Shown: one piece after another, positions 27,843 through 37,520 of the stretch
Numbering within the stretch: position 1 is the first letter of the stretch
Layout: every line of letters starts with the position of its first letter
DNA from: a virus
Taxonomy: Duplodnaviria > Caudoviricetes
Length of the DNA stretch: 62,938 nucleotides
Reading direction: 5' to 3' (one strand)
Virus record (IMG/VR): IMGVR_UViG_3300050130_000093
Coordinates: 1 to 62,938 of that record
Program-made: the position numbers and the translations under genes
The notes under the pieces: generated by a model
Database searches by the model: none
The model's input: only the letters and a program-made list of their open reading frames with translations
What the model was told of the DNA's origin: nothing

Positions 27843-29252
27843 CTATTGGGTCGTTTCGAGGATCAGCGTCACGGTCAGCCCGTCAGCACTCGACGGAGAC
27901 GACAGCACAATCGCGAACACGTCGCCGTCCGCCACGCTCGGAGGCGTCCCGGCCGACGTATGGGTCACCGAGCTTGTGCAACTCAATGCGCTCATGCTGC
28001 TAACCGCCGATCCGTTCTGGTTTAGCGCGACGGTCACGGTTCCTACCCGGCAGACATACCGGACGCCAATCACCTTTACCGTGACACCCGAATCAACGGA
28101 TGCGTAGAACGGCGGGATGTAGTTCGTGGCACCAGACGCGACCGCGAGCGTGCCGCTGATCGACCACGTGTAGGTGTTCGTGAAGTTTGGGAGGGCGGTT
28201 ACCACCGAAGACGGCAGAGCAGCAGCAACGTCGGAGGAGTTGAGCACGACCGCGCCCGTACGAGTGTTGAAGCTCGAGACGCCCCCGCCGCCACCCCCAC
28301 CGCCTTGGTCGTACCCGCTGACCGTATGCCAAACGCTACCGTCGGACGCCGGCGTCGCAGACATCGGGAACGTCAACGCCAGAGCCGACAAGCCGTCGAT
28401 CGTCTCGATCGGCGTCGCCGCCAGCAACGGCTGGATGCTCACCGCGTTGCCGGTCCCCCCGTCCGCGGAGCACTTGACCGTGAACTGGTAGTTCGCGAAC
28501 TGCGTGGCGTTCGGCAGGTAGACGGTGATCGGGCCAGCGGTCGTGTCGCACATGATCAGCTCGTTCGCCGAGGTGATCTGGTACGGCGAGTTCGCCGCGG
28601 TGATCGTGACCAGCGGGCCCGACGGCGCACCTGACGGCGGTGGCGTCCAGCCGTTCACGGCCTGCCAGAAGTTCGGATACTGCGCGAGCAGATAGACCGC
28701 GACCGCGACCTGCGGGTTGATCACCTGCTCCGGCACGACGTTGATCGTCTGCTGCACGCCGCCGGCGACGATCGTGACGGAGTACGGGTTCGTCGTGCCG
28801 ATGTACTGCACGAACGCCGCGGACGGTGCTGACGGGTTGAGGCCCACGTTGCCGTAGCCGAGGATGCCGACCTTCTCGTCATCGCCCAGCCGTGGAACGG
28901 CTGCGGCAACCGGCGCCGACGGCAGTTGGAGCTCTGCCTTGCGTCCCTGCGGGACGACGGGCACCCCGCCGTGCGCGTGCGGACGCGCCGCCGATACCGC
29001 CCTCGACTCATGGACGACCTCGCGCGCCACGGTCGCAGGCGCCGCGACGGACGCCTTCTTGGCCCGTGCGCGAGTCACGTTCGCTGGCCGCGACGCGGTC
29101 GCGCGGTCGGTCTTGGTCTTGGTTGCCTTCGCCGGCGCCACGCCCCGGGCATGCGGGCGTCTCGCTGACGATGCCGCCGACTCGCGGACAACTTCGACCT
29201 CGCGCGGCAACGCGGGCGCAACGTCCACAGGGATCGGCTTCGGACGCTTCAA
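27843..29252 (-). CDS. fiber-like structural protein with basic N-terminal extension
   Basis: AGGAGG then TTG 29252; VSSFNTRTGAVVLNSSDV fiber motif; DTTAGPITVYLP. Confidence 0.7.
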   Translation of the reverse strand: MKRPKPIPVDVAPALPREVEVVRESAASSARRPHARGVAPAKATKTKTDRATASRPANVTRARAKKASVAAPATVAREVVHESRAVSAARPHAHGGVPVVPQGRKAELQLPSAPVAAAVPRLGDDEKVGILGYGNVGLNPSAPSAAFVQYIGTTNPYSVTIVAGGVQQTINVVPEQVINPQVAVAVYLLAQYPNFWQAVNGWTPPPSGAPSGPLVTITAANSPYQITSANELIMCDTTAGPITVYLPNATQFANYQFTVKCSADGGTGNAVSIQPLLAATPIETIDGLSALALTFPMSATPASDGSVWHTVSGYDQGGGGGGGGVSSFNTRTGAVVLNSSDVAAALPSSVVTALPNFTNTYTWSISGTLAVASGATNYIPPFYASVDSGVTVKVIGVRYVCRVGTVTVALNQNGSAVSSMSALSCTSSVTHTSAGTPPSVADGDVFAIVLSSPSSADGLTVTLILETTQ

Positions 29253-29328
29253 CGCAACGCCTCCTTTGGCAGCTACAGGCCGTTCCCCGCCGTTCTGAAC
29301 GGAGGGACCAACGCAATTGAGGAAAGGG

Positions 29329-29895
29329 TCAGTCAGACCGCGGCTGGCGTCTCTGCGCCTGCACGGTGATCCGCAGACCCCGGTACATCGCACCCTGCAC
29401 GTTCAACAGAACCGGACGCCACTCGCCGACCCGTGTCGTCGCGGCGGACCCCGCGATCACGATGTTCTCGCGCATCACGATCTTGACCTGCTCCACAAGC
29501 TGAATCGTCAGCCGCCACGACGGCTGCTCTTTGTACGGCGGCACCGACCCGAGCTGCGCCGGATTCACCGGACTGTTCGCCGGCGGGTTCGCCTGCACCG
29601 GGTTCTCGTAAGCGTGCTTCGCGAACGCGATCGTCAACGCCACCGTATCCTGCCAGTCATCCAGACCGCCCACACCGCCGGTCGACAGACCGCCCCGGCC
29701 ACCATTCGCGGTCATCCACGGGATCTGCGAGTTCAGCAAGCTCACGTACCCGAACGGCACCGCGGTCGGCGTCCCCATCCCGACGTCGCCGAGGATCCAC
29801 TGCACGCCGCTCGTGGCCGGACTCGACGCAAGCAGGTACGCGAGGACGTCGAGCATCTCCTCCGACGTGTACGTGCCGGACAGCTTCAACGCCAT
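29329..29895 (-). CDS. putative tail terminator
   Basis: Position after the morphogenesis gene; size. Confidence 0.55.
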   Translation of the reverse strand: MALKLSGTYTSEEMLDVLAYLLASSPATSGVQWILGDVGMGTPTAVPFGYVSLLNSQIPWMTANGGRGGLSTGGVGGLDDWQDTVALTIAFAKHAYENPVQANPPANSPVNPAQLGSVPPYKEQPSWRLTIQLVEQVKIVMRENIVIAGSAATTRVGEWRPVLLNVQGAMYRGLRITVQAQRRQPRSD

Positions 29896-29896
29896 C

Positions 29897-30397
29897 TCAG
29901 ACCCCTCGCAGCGCCGTCATCAGGATCTCACCGATCTCGACCACGAGCTCTTCCGGCGGCGGCCAGATCGGACGCGGCGGGATATGCCACTTGCCGCGTC
30001 CCGGGAACGCCCCACCGTCACCGGCGCCCTGCGAGAGCACCTGCGGGATCTGGTAGCCGTCCTCCTCCCAGTTGATCGCGAGCACGACCGCATGATCGGT
30101 CGGCAGCACCATCGAGGAGTACGGCCCCGTCGGGGACGTCGCTGACTCGTAAAGGTCGCCCATCTCAAACAGCACACGATCCGGCTGCACCGCACCGCCA
30201 GCCGTCTTGCGTGCGACCGTCGAGTCCGCGAGCGGCGCCCACTGGCCATTGCCGCGCGAGTCGAACCGCTCGCGTGTCGCCGCATACACGACCTCCGCGG
30301 CAGCCTCAAGCTGCGGGCGCATGTCGCGCAACGCCGCGATCCGCCGGTCCAAGCCAAGCTGGATCTGCGTGAAGCCCATCGACGTGACCTTGATCAT
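29897..30397 (-). CDS. virion morphogenesis protein (Mu gpG/tail completion-like)
   Basis: RF...G..WAPLADST..RK, L...G.L..S, IPPRP. Confidence 0.75.
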   Translation of the reverse strand: MIKVTSMGFTQIQLGLDRRIAALRDMRPQLEAAAEVVYAATRERFDSRGNGQWAPLADSTVARKTAGGAVQPDRVLFEMGDLYESATSPTGPYSSMVLPTDHAVVLAINWEEDGYQIPQVLSQGAGDGGAFPGRGKWHIPPRPIWPPPEELVVEIGEILMTALRGV

Positions 30398-30729
30398 TCG
30401 CGCTCCGTCACGTAGTAGGACACCTGCCGGAAGCCGGTCCTGAAATCACGCTTGCCGTTCACGACGTAGCGGTAGACCTGCGCCTGCCCGGCCGTGTTGA
30501 CGTAGCTGCCGTAGCGCACCTCGTCCTCACGCAGAAGCGTCAGCCAGCGCGGCGCCCACAACACATGCGTGGCCTCAAGCGCGTACGCCTGCCGCTGGTC
30601 AAGGTCGCTGACCGGCACGACCTCGAACGCGAGGTCCGGCATGATCAGCGCGTAGCTGGAGCCAAGCTGCGACGGCGACGCCTGCACGACGCGCCACAGC
30701 TGCCCGCGACGGGTCAGCACTACCGACAT
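30394..30729 (-). CDS. putative head closure protein
   Basis: ATHVLW..LLREDEV..YRYVVNG; position. Confidence 0.55.
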   Translation of the reverse strand: MSVVLTRRGQLWRVVQASPSQLGSSYALIMPDLAFEVVPVSDLDQRQAYALEATHVLWAPRWLTLLREDEVRYGSYVNTAGQAQVYRYVVNGKRDFRTGFRQVSYYVTERE

Positions 30730-30753
30730 GAGGTGTACCGTACAATGGGAATC

Positions 30754-31431
30754 ATGGACGCTCACCGCTTCTGGTCGAAGGTGCGTATTGGCGGTCCCGA
30801 CGAGTGTTGGCCGTGGACCGGCGCCAACGACGGCAGGCACGGATACGGCCGCGTCCGGCGATCGTCAGGCCGCGGATGTGTCGCGGCTCATCGCATGGCT
30901 TGGGAACTTACGAACGGCCCGATCCCGGAAGACACGAGCACCTATCACGGCGTCTGCGTCCTGCATCGTTGCGACAACCCGCCGTGCTGCAACCCCACGC
31001 ACCTGTATCTCGGCGGACCCAGCGAAAACGCGCAGGACGCCGTCGATCGCGGCAGACTCGTCGCGCCACACGGCGAAACTCATTGGTGGGCGACACTCAA
31101 CGAGGCCCAGGTGCTTGAGGTTCGACGCCGCTACGCAGCTGGCGAGAACCAGTACGTTCTTGCCGAAGCCTTTGGTGTGCAACAGCCAGCCATCTCGCGC
31201 ATCGTGCGCGGGGAGCGCTGGACCCGGAGCGGCGGCGTGCGCATCGCTGGGCGCCGTCGTCCAGCCCGCGGAGAACAAAGCTCGCTCGCCAAGCTCACCG
31301 AAGCCCAAGTGCGACAGATTCGATCACGTGCCGCCTCTGGCGAGACCGGCAGGGCTCTCGCTGCCGAGTTCGGGATCACGCAGGGCGCGGCGTCAAAGAT
31401 TATCCGTCGCGCTACTTGGGCTCACGTCTGA
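30754..31431 (+). CDS. HNH endonuclease with two C-terminal HTH repeats
   Basis: CWPWTG, AHRMAW, VLHRCDNPPCCNPTHL..G...N; [AK]L.EAQV..R repeats. Confidence 0.9.
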   Translation: MDAHRFWSKVRIGGPDECWPWTGANDGRHGYGRVRRSSGRGCVAAHRMAWELTNGPIPEDTSTYHGVCVLHRCDNPPCCNPTHLYLGGPSENAQDAVDRGRLVAPHGETHWWATLNEAQVLEVRRRYAAGENQYVLAEAFGVQQPAISRIVRGERWTRSGGVRIAGRRRPARGEQSSLAKLTEAQVRQIRSRAASGETGRALAAEFGITQGAASKIIRRATWAHV

Positions 31432-31906
31432 CGGCCACTGCGGTGAGACCATCGCCCGCATGCGATGACTCCACACTCACGGCTTGTAGCCCAGCGCGCT
31501 CAAGCACCGTAGCGAAGGTGGAGCGGGTGAAAAACGCGAAGTGCGCGTTGCCCTCATAGTCCTGCGAGCCGGCGAGCAGCTCCACCGTCGAATCCCAGTC
31601 GCGCACTCCTGCGTGGTAGTTGGCGACCTGGCCCAGCACGTCCGGGACCACTATCTCAAGGCGCCCGTCATCCGCAAGGACACGGCCCCACTCACGAAGC
31701 ACCGCCGTGGTCTCGTGCCAAGGGAAGTGTTCGAGCAGGTTGCTCGCGAACACCACGTCGAAGCTGTGATTCGGGTACGGCAGCTTGCGCGCGTCACCCA
31801 GGACGTAAGAACATCCCGTTCGTCCCGACCAGTCGATCGCGTCGAACTGCTCGAAGTCGGTGCGCTGCGGATGCGGGCCGCCGCCAATCTCCAAACCCCG
31901 GCTCAC
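31412..31906 (-). CDS. class I SAM-dependent methyltransferase
   Basis: LEIGGG, GDARKLPY...FDVV..LLEH..RVL...G...VP. Confidence 0.85.
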   Translation of the reverse strand: MSRGLEIGGGPHPQRTDFEQFDAIDWSGRTGCSYVLGDARKLPYPNHSFDVVFASNLLEHFPWHETTAVLREWGRVLADDGRLEIVVPDVLGQVANYHAGVRDWDSTVELLAGSQDYEGNAHFAFFTRSTFATVLERAGLQAVSVESSHAGDGLTAVAVRREPK

Positions 31907-32805
31907 GCGAGCGCCTCACGGTAGCGCTGCACATGCAAATCCACGACACGCTCAACCGACGCGAAGCCCATCAGTGGCGAGTCGGCAAGCAGGTTCCGCA
32001 GCGTGCGCTCCAACTCATCCTCGTCACGCACCTTCCACAAGTTGCCGGTGCTCTCCAACTCAGCAAACCAAGACGTGTCGTTCACGACGACCGGACGGCG
32101 TGTCGCTATCGCTGTGCGCGCCGCCTGCGACGACCCGGCCATCCCGTTCTCATCGTAGAACAGCACGATCGCATCGGCGCCCCTCAGCCAGTCGTGCAGC
32201 TCACGCCACGGCTTCCACGCCTGACCGCCCAACGCCTGCTCCGACGTCGCGAAGCTCTCGAACACCCAGCCGTTGCGGTCGCAGATCGGGGCGATCACGT
32301 CCTCGCGCGTGCGGCCCAAACCGAACGTCCTGACGATCGCCGGCAACTTGCGGATCGGGAACGGGATGACCTCCGGGCTGCCGGGCCCAACACCGGCGCG
32401 GTGCGTGAACGCGTGAGTGAAGTCGTAGTGGCGCAGCGACGGCGGATTACAGGAATCGTGGTAGGTCACGAACACGGGACCGTCGAAGCGTGCCATCAGC
32501 TCGTGCAGCCGATCGAGCTGGAAAAGCACATTCTCGAATTGGACGTGGATCAGGTCCAGGCCGAGGTCGAGGATCGTCTCCACGTCGAGCGCCCGGTGGC
32601 CGTAGCGGTTCCAGAGCTCCACGTCGAAGCACCGCACCACGTCGAGCTCGACATCGTCCTCTCCGGTCTCGCGCTCGTCGTAGTTGCGCGACCCGAGCAC
32701 GACCAGCTCGACGTCGTCACGTGCCGCGAATCCCTCGGCAAGCGTCCGGCTCATCTGCGCGATCCCGCACTGCGTCGTCCAGCTCGTGAGCAGCCCGACT
32801 CGCAT
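31903..32805 (-). CDS. glycosyltransferase, GT-B/GT4-like
   Basis: CGIAQ, DLIHVQF, VTYHD, TFG, ADAIVLFY, SSQA, RPVVV. Confidence 0.8.
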   Translation of the reverse strand: MRVGLLTSWTTQCGIAQMSRTLAEGFAARDDVELVVLGSRNYDERETGEDDVELDVVRCFDVELWNRYGHRALDVETILDLGLDLIHVQFENVLFQLDRLHELMARFDGPVFVTYHDSCNPPSLRHYDFTHAFTHRAGVGPGSPEVIPFPIRKLPAIVRTFGLGRTREDVIAPICDRNGWVFESFATSEQALGGQAWKPWRELHDWLRGADAIVLFYDENGMAGSSQAARTAIATRRPVVVNDTSWFAELESTGNLWKVRDEDELERTLRNLLADSPLMGFASVERVVDLHVQRYREALA

Positions 32806-33417
32806 CTAGACCAGCGCGAACTTGTCGGTCTCCGCGCGCGTTCCCCACTTCTTCTCGTACGCGTCGAGATCGGCCACGCAGTCGGCTTGGAACTCATCGC
32901 GGATGTCCTGACGGCCCATCGTCGCCGACAACTCATGGATCAGCGGTGTCGGGATCGCCACACGCCGCGCCGGGATCCGCGCATTGACCAGCCGCTTCGC
33001 CAGGTCGATGTCGGAGCACCACAGCGAGAACCGCGAGTCGTACGGGCCGTGTGCGCGCGCCCACTCCGCATCGAACACGACGCACCAGCCGACGATGCAC
33101 TGAAGGCCGTCCGTGCTCGACTGGTCCGGGAAGACGACCGGCGACCACGCGCTGACTGCCGCGAGCAACGGGTCAAGCCACCCCGCCGTCACCTCAACGT
33201 CATCGTTGAGTCCGACGAGGTACTTGCCGGCGCCGGCCATCAGCGCCCGGTTCATCCGCAACGTGTAGTCCCGCACCCGGCTCCCCGACTCGACGATCAC
33301 GACCTCGTAGTCGATGTGCGACGTGTGCTCGTACAGCGACCTGAGCAACGTGCGCAGACGGTCGTGGCCGTCGAGCGACACCACGCAGATCGAGACGAGC
33401 GGCGGATCGTGCGTCAT
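32806..33417 (-). CDS. glycosyltransferase family 2
   Basis: VSICVV, EVVIVESGS, N.A, YLVGLNDD, D.DL. Confidence 0.85.
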   Translation of the reverse strand: MTHDPPLVSICVVSLDGHDRLRTLLRSLYEHTSHIDYEVVIVESGSRVRDYTLRMNRALMAGAGKYLVGLNDDVEVTAGWLDPLLAAVSAWSPVVFPDQSSTDGLQCIVGWCVVFDAEWARAHGPYDSRFSLWCSDIDLAKRLVNARIPARRVAIPTPLIHELSATMGRQDIRDEFQADCVADLDAYEKKWGTRAETDKFALV

Positions 33418-34763
33418 ACCGGCGGCTCCCGGGTGCCCCACTTCGTGAAGTAGTAGTCGGCGTTCGCGCGAGCGTCCGCGTCGGTGTCGCGCTTGCTGCG
33501 CGTCCCCATTCCGACGTGATAGACCAGCGACCGCGGCGTCGTCACCACGCGCCAGCCAGCGTTGATCAGGCGACGGTTCATGTCCCAGTCCTCGTATCCG
33601 CCGATCCCGAGGTAGCCCTCGTCGAAGAGCCCGATCTCGTCGAGCGCGAGACGCCGGATCAGGTAGCACTGCTCGTGGCCATCGATCATCGTCGCTGGCA
33701 GCGGGTCGCGCGTGTTCGCCGAGCACACCTTGCCGACCTTCGGCCAGCACCGCAGCTCGGTCAGCAGACCGTTCAGCCACTCCGGGTCATCGAAAAGCAT
33801 GTCTGGATGGATCCAGCCGATGTAGTCGAAGCTGCGCTCACGGAAGTGGGAGAAGCCCTCGTTCAGCGACTCACACAGCGACTGCTCGTCGCCGTTGTAG
33901 CAGAACCACAACTCGGCATGATCGCCGACCGTCTCATGGAACGTGTTGAGCGCCTCGCCGCGGACCGGCGGATCGTCGTGGTGCAGGATCATCACAAACC
34001 CGACCGTCGGCGGATCCCACGGCCGCTCCCCAGCAAGCTCATGCGGACAGAACGGCACATCCTTGAGCGCCTCAGCCGCGACCTCGGGCCACTCCATCTC
34101 CAGCCGCCTCGCCACGCTCACGCGGTCGCTGATGATCGTGTCCGGGTTCTGGCCGTCGTAGTGGCGGAAGTCACCGACGAGGTCCGCGTAGAACTTCCAG
34201 CGGTCGAACACCGCGCGCTGCCCGCGAATGTAGCTCGCGTGGAACCAGCGGTACGGCGCGACGACCGGATTGGTGCGCGTCGTCAGCAGCGTCTCGTGCA
34301 CCTTGCCGATCCACTGCGTGCCGGCGCCCAGCTTGTAGATCACCTCACGCGGAAAGACCGCCTGAACCGCGTCCTGGTAGACCACGAAGTGCATGAACTC
34401 GGCCGTGATCGAGTCGGCGCCCTGGGCTAGAAGCTCGTGGACGATGCCCGCGAACTCCGGGGCGTGGATGTCGTCGGCGTCGAGCCAGAGCACGAACGGG
34501 TGCGAGTTGGTGTGGTCGATCATCGCGAGCGCCTGGTTGCGCGCCTCCGCGAAGCTGAAACCGTCCGGCCCCTGCTTGTACTCGGCGTAGCGCAGCTTGC
34601 TCGACGGCACCGTCGCGAACACCTTCTCGCGGTTCTCGCGGCCACCCGGCGTGTCCGGATGCGTGTTGACACACGCCACCGAGTCAACCCACGACACAGA
34701 CTCCAGGGCGGCTTCAAGGAAGGGCTCGCAGAACTGACCGACGAGTAGCTGCGCGGTGATCAT
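33414..34763 (-). CDS. two-domain glycosyltransferase family 2
   Basis: FAEARN..WLDADD..VHE; second domain N.G..WIHPD..GLFDE..EDWD. Confidence 0.85.
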   Translation of the reverse strand: MITAQLLVGQFCEPFLEAALESVSWVDSVACVNTHPDTPGGRENREKVFATVPSSKLRYAEYKQGPDGFSFAEARNQALAMIDHTNSHPFVLWLDADDIHAPEFAGIVHELLAQGADSITAEFMHFVVYQDAVQAVFPREVIYKLGAGTQWIGKVHETLLTTRTNPVVAPYRWFHASYIRGQRAVFDRWKFYADLVGDFRHYDGQNPDTIISDRVSVARRLEMEWPEVAAEALKDVPFCPHELAGERPWDPPTVGFVMILHHDDPPVRGEALNTFHETVGDHAELWFCYNGDEQSLCESLNEGFSHFRERSFDYIGWIHPDMLFDDPEWLNGLLTELRCWPKVGKVCSANTRDPLPATMIDGHEQCYLIRRLALDEIGLFDEGYLGIGGYEDWDMNRRLINAGWRVVTTPRSLVYHVGMGTRSKRDTDADARANADYYFTKWGTREPPV

Positions 34764-35002
34764 CGACCCGGCCGCTCATCCGTCACGCCCAACATCACCG
34801 GCGGCGTCCCTTCGCCCCAGACCATCAGCTCGATGTTGTCGCCAGCCGCGATCGCCGCACGCTCCTTCTTCGACGGCTCCCACACCGAACGGACGATCGG
34901 CTTGCCGTTCTCCTCAAGCTGCTCGCACCAAAGATCGCTATCTTCAGTGCCTCCCGGCAGCCGGAACACGAAGTTGCTCGACGGTGTCCTACGCGGCTTC
35001 AC
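34760..35002 (-). CDS. hypothetical phage protein
   Basis: GTG start coupled to the GT stop; SVWEPS..ERAAIAAG. Confidence 0.6.
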   Translation of the reverse strand: MKPRRTPSSNFVFRLPGGTEDSDLWCEQLEENGKPIVRSVWEPSKKERAAIAAGDNIELMVWGEGTPPVMLGVTDERPGR

Positions 35003-36087
35003 TTCGACGCCTTCTCCCACAGCTCGCTGATCGCCGCCAACCACTTGCTCGCACATCGCGGCCACGACCAACGATCCATTGCGATCGCCGCACGCGTGCC
35101 CATCGCGCCGTTGGCAGTCCGGTCGCTCGCGGCCTTGCGCATCGCAGCCCGCAGCTCGCTGACGGAAGGAACACAAAAGCTGCCGATCGGCTGTCTGCCC
35201 GCGACGCCGGCGCTGTAGCTCGAGCACTCCAACGGCGCCGGCTCAAGCCCGTCGATCCCCGTCACGTAGCAGTGATCCGGATCCGCGAGCTCGTGCAGTC
35301 CGCCCCAGTCCGTCAAGATCACCGGCGTCCCGCAGGCCATTGCTTCCCGTGGCGTGAGCCCCGACGCCTCGCCGCGGCTGCATGCGATGAAGCAGTCCGC
35401 GTCCCGGTAGGTCTGGCGCATCTGATCGCGCGTGTAGTCCTGGTCGATCACGCTGATCCGCGGATCGTCAACCGACTCACCGCCGGTGTCCAAGTGGCCG
35501 TTGCGGGTCTTCAACCACAGCCGGACCGGCTCGTCACGATCGAACTCCTCACGGAACGCGCGGATCGCGTACTCGACGCCCTTGCGGTAGTGCAGCAGCC
35601 CGGCCATCAGGAACCAGAACTCGGCGCCGTAGCCCTTCTCGCGCTCCGGCGTGTAGAAGGCGGTGTCGACGCCGAGCGGCGCCACCTTGATCGGCACCTT
35701 CACGCCGCCCCGCTCGAACGCGTCGGCGCAGTGCTGCGACGGCACGATCAGCCCGTCCGTCGCGTTGCACGGCCCGACCCAGAACGGCGGGATCGCGTCG
35801 GTCTCGAACATCGTCATGCCGACCGTCACCTTCGAGCGGAACTCCGGCCTGGTGAACGCGAACGGCAGGAAGTAGACGACGCTCAACGGCCGCTCCGCGA
35901 CCTCGCTGGTGGGCTTCTGCAAGGCGAGGAACTCGGGGCTTGAGTGCTCGGGCTGGTTCCAGTCGTGCACGACGAATGCGACGTCGGCGCCAAGGTCACG
36001 GGCGGCGAGCACAAGCTGCTCCGCCGAGTGGCCGTATCCGTCAGCGCCAGCGAGCGGGCCGACGAGCGTGAACGGCGGAAGCCTCAC
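34999..36087 (-). CDS. glycosyltransferase family 4
   Basis: GYG, TMFET, VPS, RKG, E..GL..REAMACGTPVI. Confidence 0.9.
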   Translation of the reverse strand: MRLPPFTLVGPLAGADGYGHSAEQLVLAARDLGADVAFVVHDWNQPEHSSPEFLALQKPTSEVAERPLSVVYFLPFAFTRPEFRSKVTVGMTMFETDAIPPFWVGPCNATDGLIVPSQHCADAFERGGVKVPIKVAPLGVDTAFYTPEREKGYGAEFWFLMAGLLHYRKGVEYAIRAFREEFDRDEPVRLWLKTRNGHLDTGGESVDDPRISVIDQDYTRDQMRQTYRDADCFIACSRGEASGLTPREAMACGTPVILTDWGGLHELADPDHCYVTGIDGLEPAPLECSSYSAGVAGRQPIGSFCVPSVSELRAAMRKAASDRTANGAMGTRAAIAMDRWSWPRCASKWLAAISELWEKASK

Positions 36088-36821
36088 TCGACCATCCCCA
36101 TCGTCCCGAGCATCTCCGGCTCCATCACGTGCGGCGCGTACAGCCCCGTCAGCCACGCCGTCTTGAAGCCGTGAAAGTCCAGCGACTGCGCGAAGCCGGC
36201 ATCCTCGCCCGTCTCGTGGTACGCGTACGCGCAGTCCTCGGCGACCCAGCGCGGCATCATCACCGCCGCCATCGGAATGTCCACCTCAAGCACGCCGCCG
36301 TTCTCGTGCTCCACCTGCTCGAAGGTCGCGCGCTCCCACGCCCTCGTCTCCGAGCGATCGTAGGTGCGCCAGAACCCGGCGTTGTAGCAGCGCGACTCCG
36401 GACCCAGCTTGTGCAGGTAGGTCAACGGCGACGCGACCGGCAGGTAGTGCAGAGCGTCCAGCAGTTGCTCGATCGACGTCGGGTCGGTCAGGAACACGTC
36501 GGTGTCGAGCGAGAAGAACACGTCGGCGTCCATGCGCAGCGCGTGGCGCAGCAGCGTGTTGCGGTGCTTGGCGAGCTGCGTGAACGCGAGCGCCCGGTCC
36601 TCATTGCGGCGGCCGCGCGGGATGAACGGCTCCGCCGCGAACTCGATGTACACCTCCGCCTCCTGCTGCTTGCGCTCAAGGAGATCGAGCGTTCCGTCGG
36701 CGCTCTCGCTGTAGACGAACGCGAACGCGTCGGGCTTCACCGTCTGACGCTCCAAGCAGTCCAGCCACTTCGGGAGCGCCCAAGCCCTCTCGGCCACCGG
36801 CGCTCCGACCACGAGCCTCAC
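36084..36821 (-). CDS. glycosyltransferase, GT-A fold
   Basis: LA..RN, FSLDTD, GED. Confidence 0.8.
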   Translation of the reverse strand: MRLVVGAPVAERAWALPKWLDCLERQTVKPDAFAFVYSESADGTLDLLERKQQEAEVYIEFAAEPFIPRGRRNEDRALAFTQLAKHRNTLLRHALRMDADVFFSLDTDVFLTDPTSIEQLLDALHYLPVASPLTYLHKLGPESRCYNAGFWRTYDRSETRAWERATFEQVEHENGGVLEVDIPMAAVMMPRWVAEDCAYAYHETGEDAGFAQSLDFHGFKTAWLTGLYAPHVMEPEMLGTMGMVE

Positions 36822-37297
36822 TGCGCCGCGAGAACGAAGCCAGCGCCGTTGCAGCCCGCGCACGGCTCGCCGGGCTTCTCGGGCGTCTCGCCGCGCCCGT
36901 TGCACGTCGCGCAAAGCTCGCGGTCGACCTCGACGGGCTCGCCCATCATCTCGGCGATCTGCTCGTCCGACGGTGAGTCCTGCTCGTCTACGGGCACCCC
37001 AGCTTCAAGCTTGTCGAGCATCGCCAGCACGCTCGTCGCGAACCGCCGCAGCGACGGCAGATCCCAAGGCACCGAAACCTCCTCGGTGGGTGGCAACGGC
37101 GCGGGCGGATACTGCAGCACCATCTCCAAGCCGTTGTTGATCGCCGGCTCGAACAGGATGTTCACGTGCGGATAGCGCCTGCGCGGCGCGGACCTGCGCG
37201 GCTGCGCCGGCTGCGCCGCCATCGCTGCGGCAATCTCGTCCGGACGCGGCATCCGCGGCCCACCCGAGTTCCTGCTCATGCCACGTCCACTACCCAT
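36818..37297 (-). CDS. hypothetical protein with DnaJ-type Zn finger (start uncertain)
   Basis: CATCNGRG...CAGCNGAG. Confidence 0.55.
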   Translation of the reverse strand: MGSGRGMSRNSGGPRMPRPDEIAAAMAAQPAQPRRSAPRRRYPHVNILFEPAINNGLEMVLQYPPAPLPPTEEVSVPWDLPSLRRFATSVLAMLDKLEAGVPVDEQDSPSDEQIAEMMGEPVEVDRELCATCNGRGETPEKPGEPCAGCNGAGFVLAAQ

Positions 37298-37325
37298 GCC
37301 GCGAACGCTACAGCCGCCGCAAAGC

Positions 37326-37520
37326 TCACTTGCGATCCAGCGTGATCTGGAACGCCACGACCAGCCGCATCGCCTGCGCATCCGTGAATCCGGCGGCCGT
37401 CAAGCACGCGTAGTAGCGGCGGAACACGATCGCCCGATTCTGAAACTCGCCGACCTGCGCCGCGATGATCTCCTCGGAACTCTGGATCGGCTCCTCCGCC
37501 GGACGGTCGTCCTCATCCAT
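37326..37520 (-). CDS. hypothetical protein
   Basis: TGATG coupling; AAGFTDAQAM motif. Confidence 0.55.
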   Translation of the reverse strand: MDEDDRPAEEPIQSSEEIIAAQVGEFQNRAIVFRRYYACLTAAGFTDAQAMRLVVAFQITLDRK

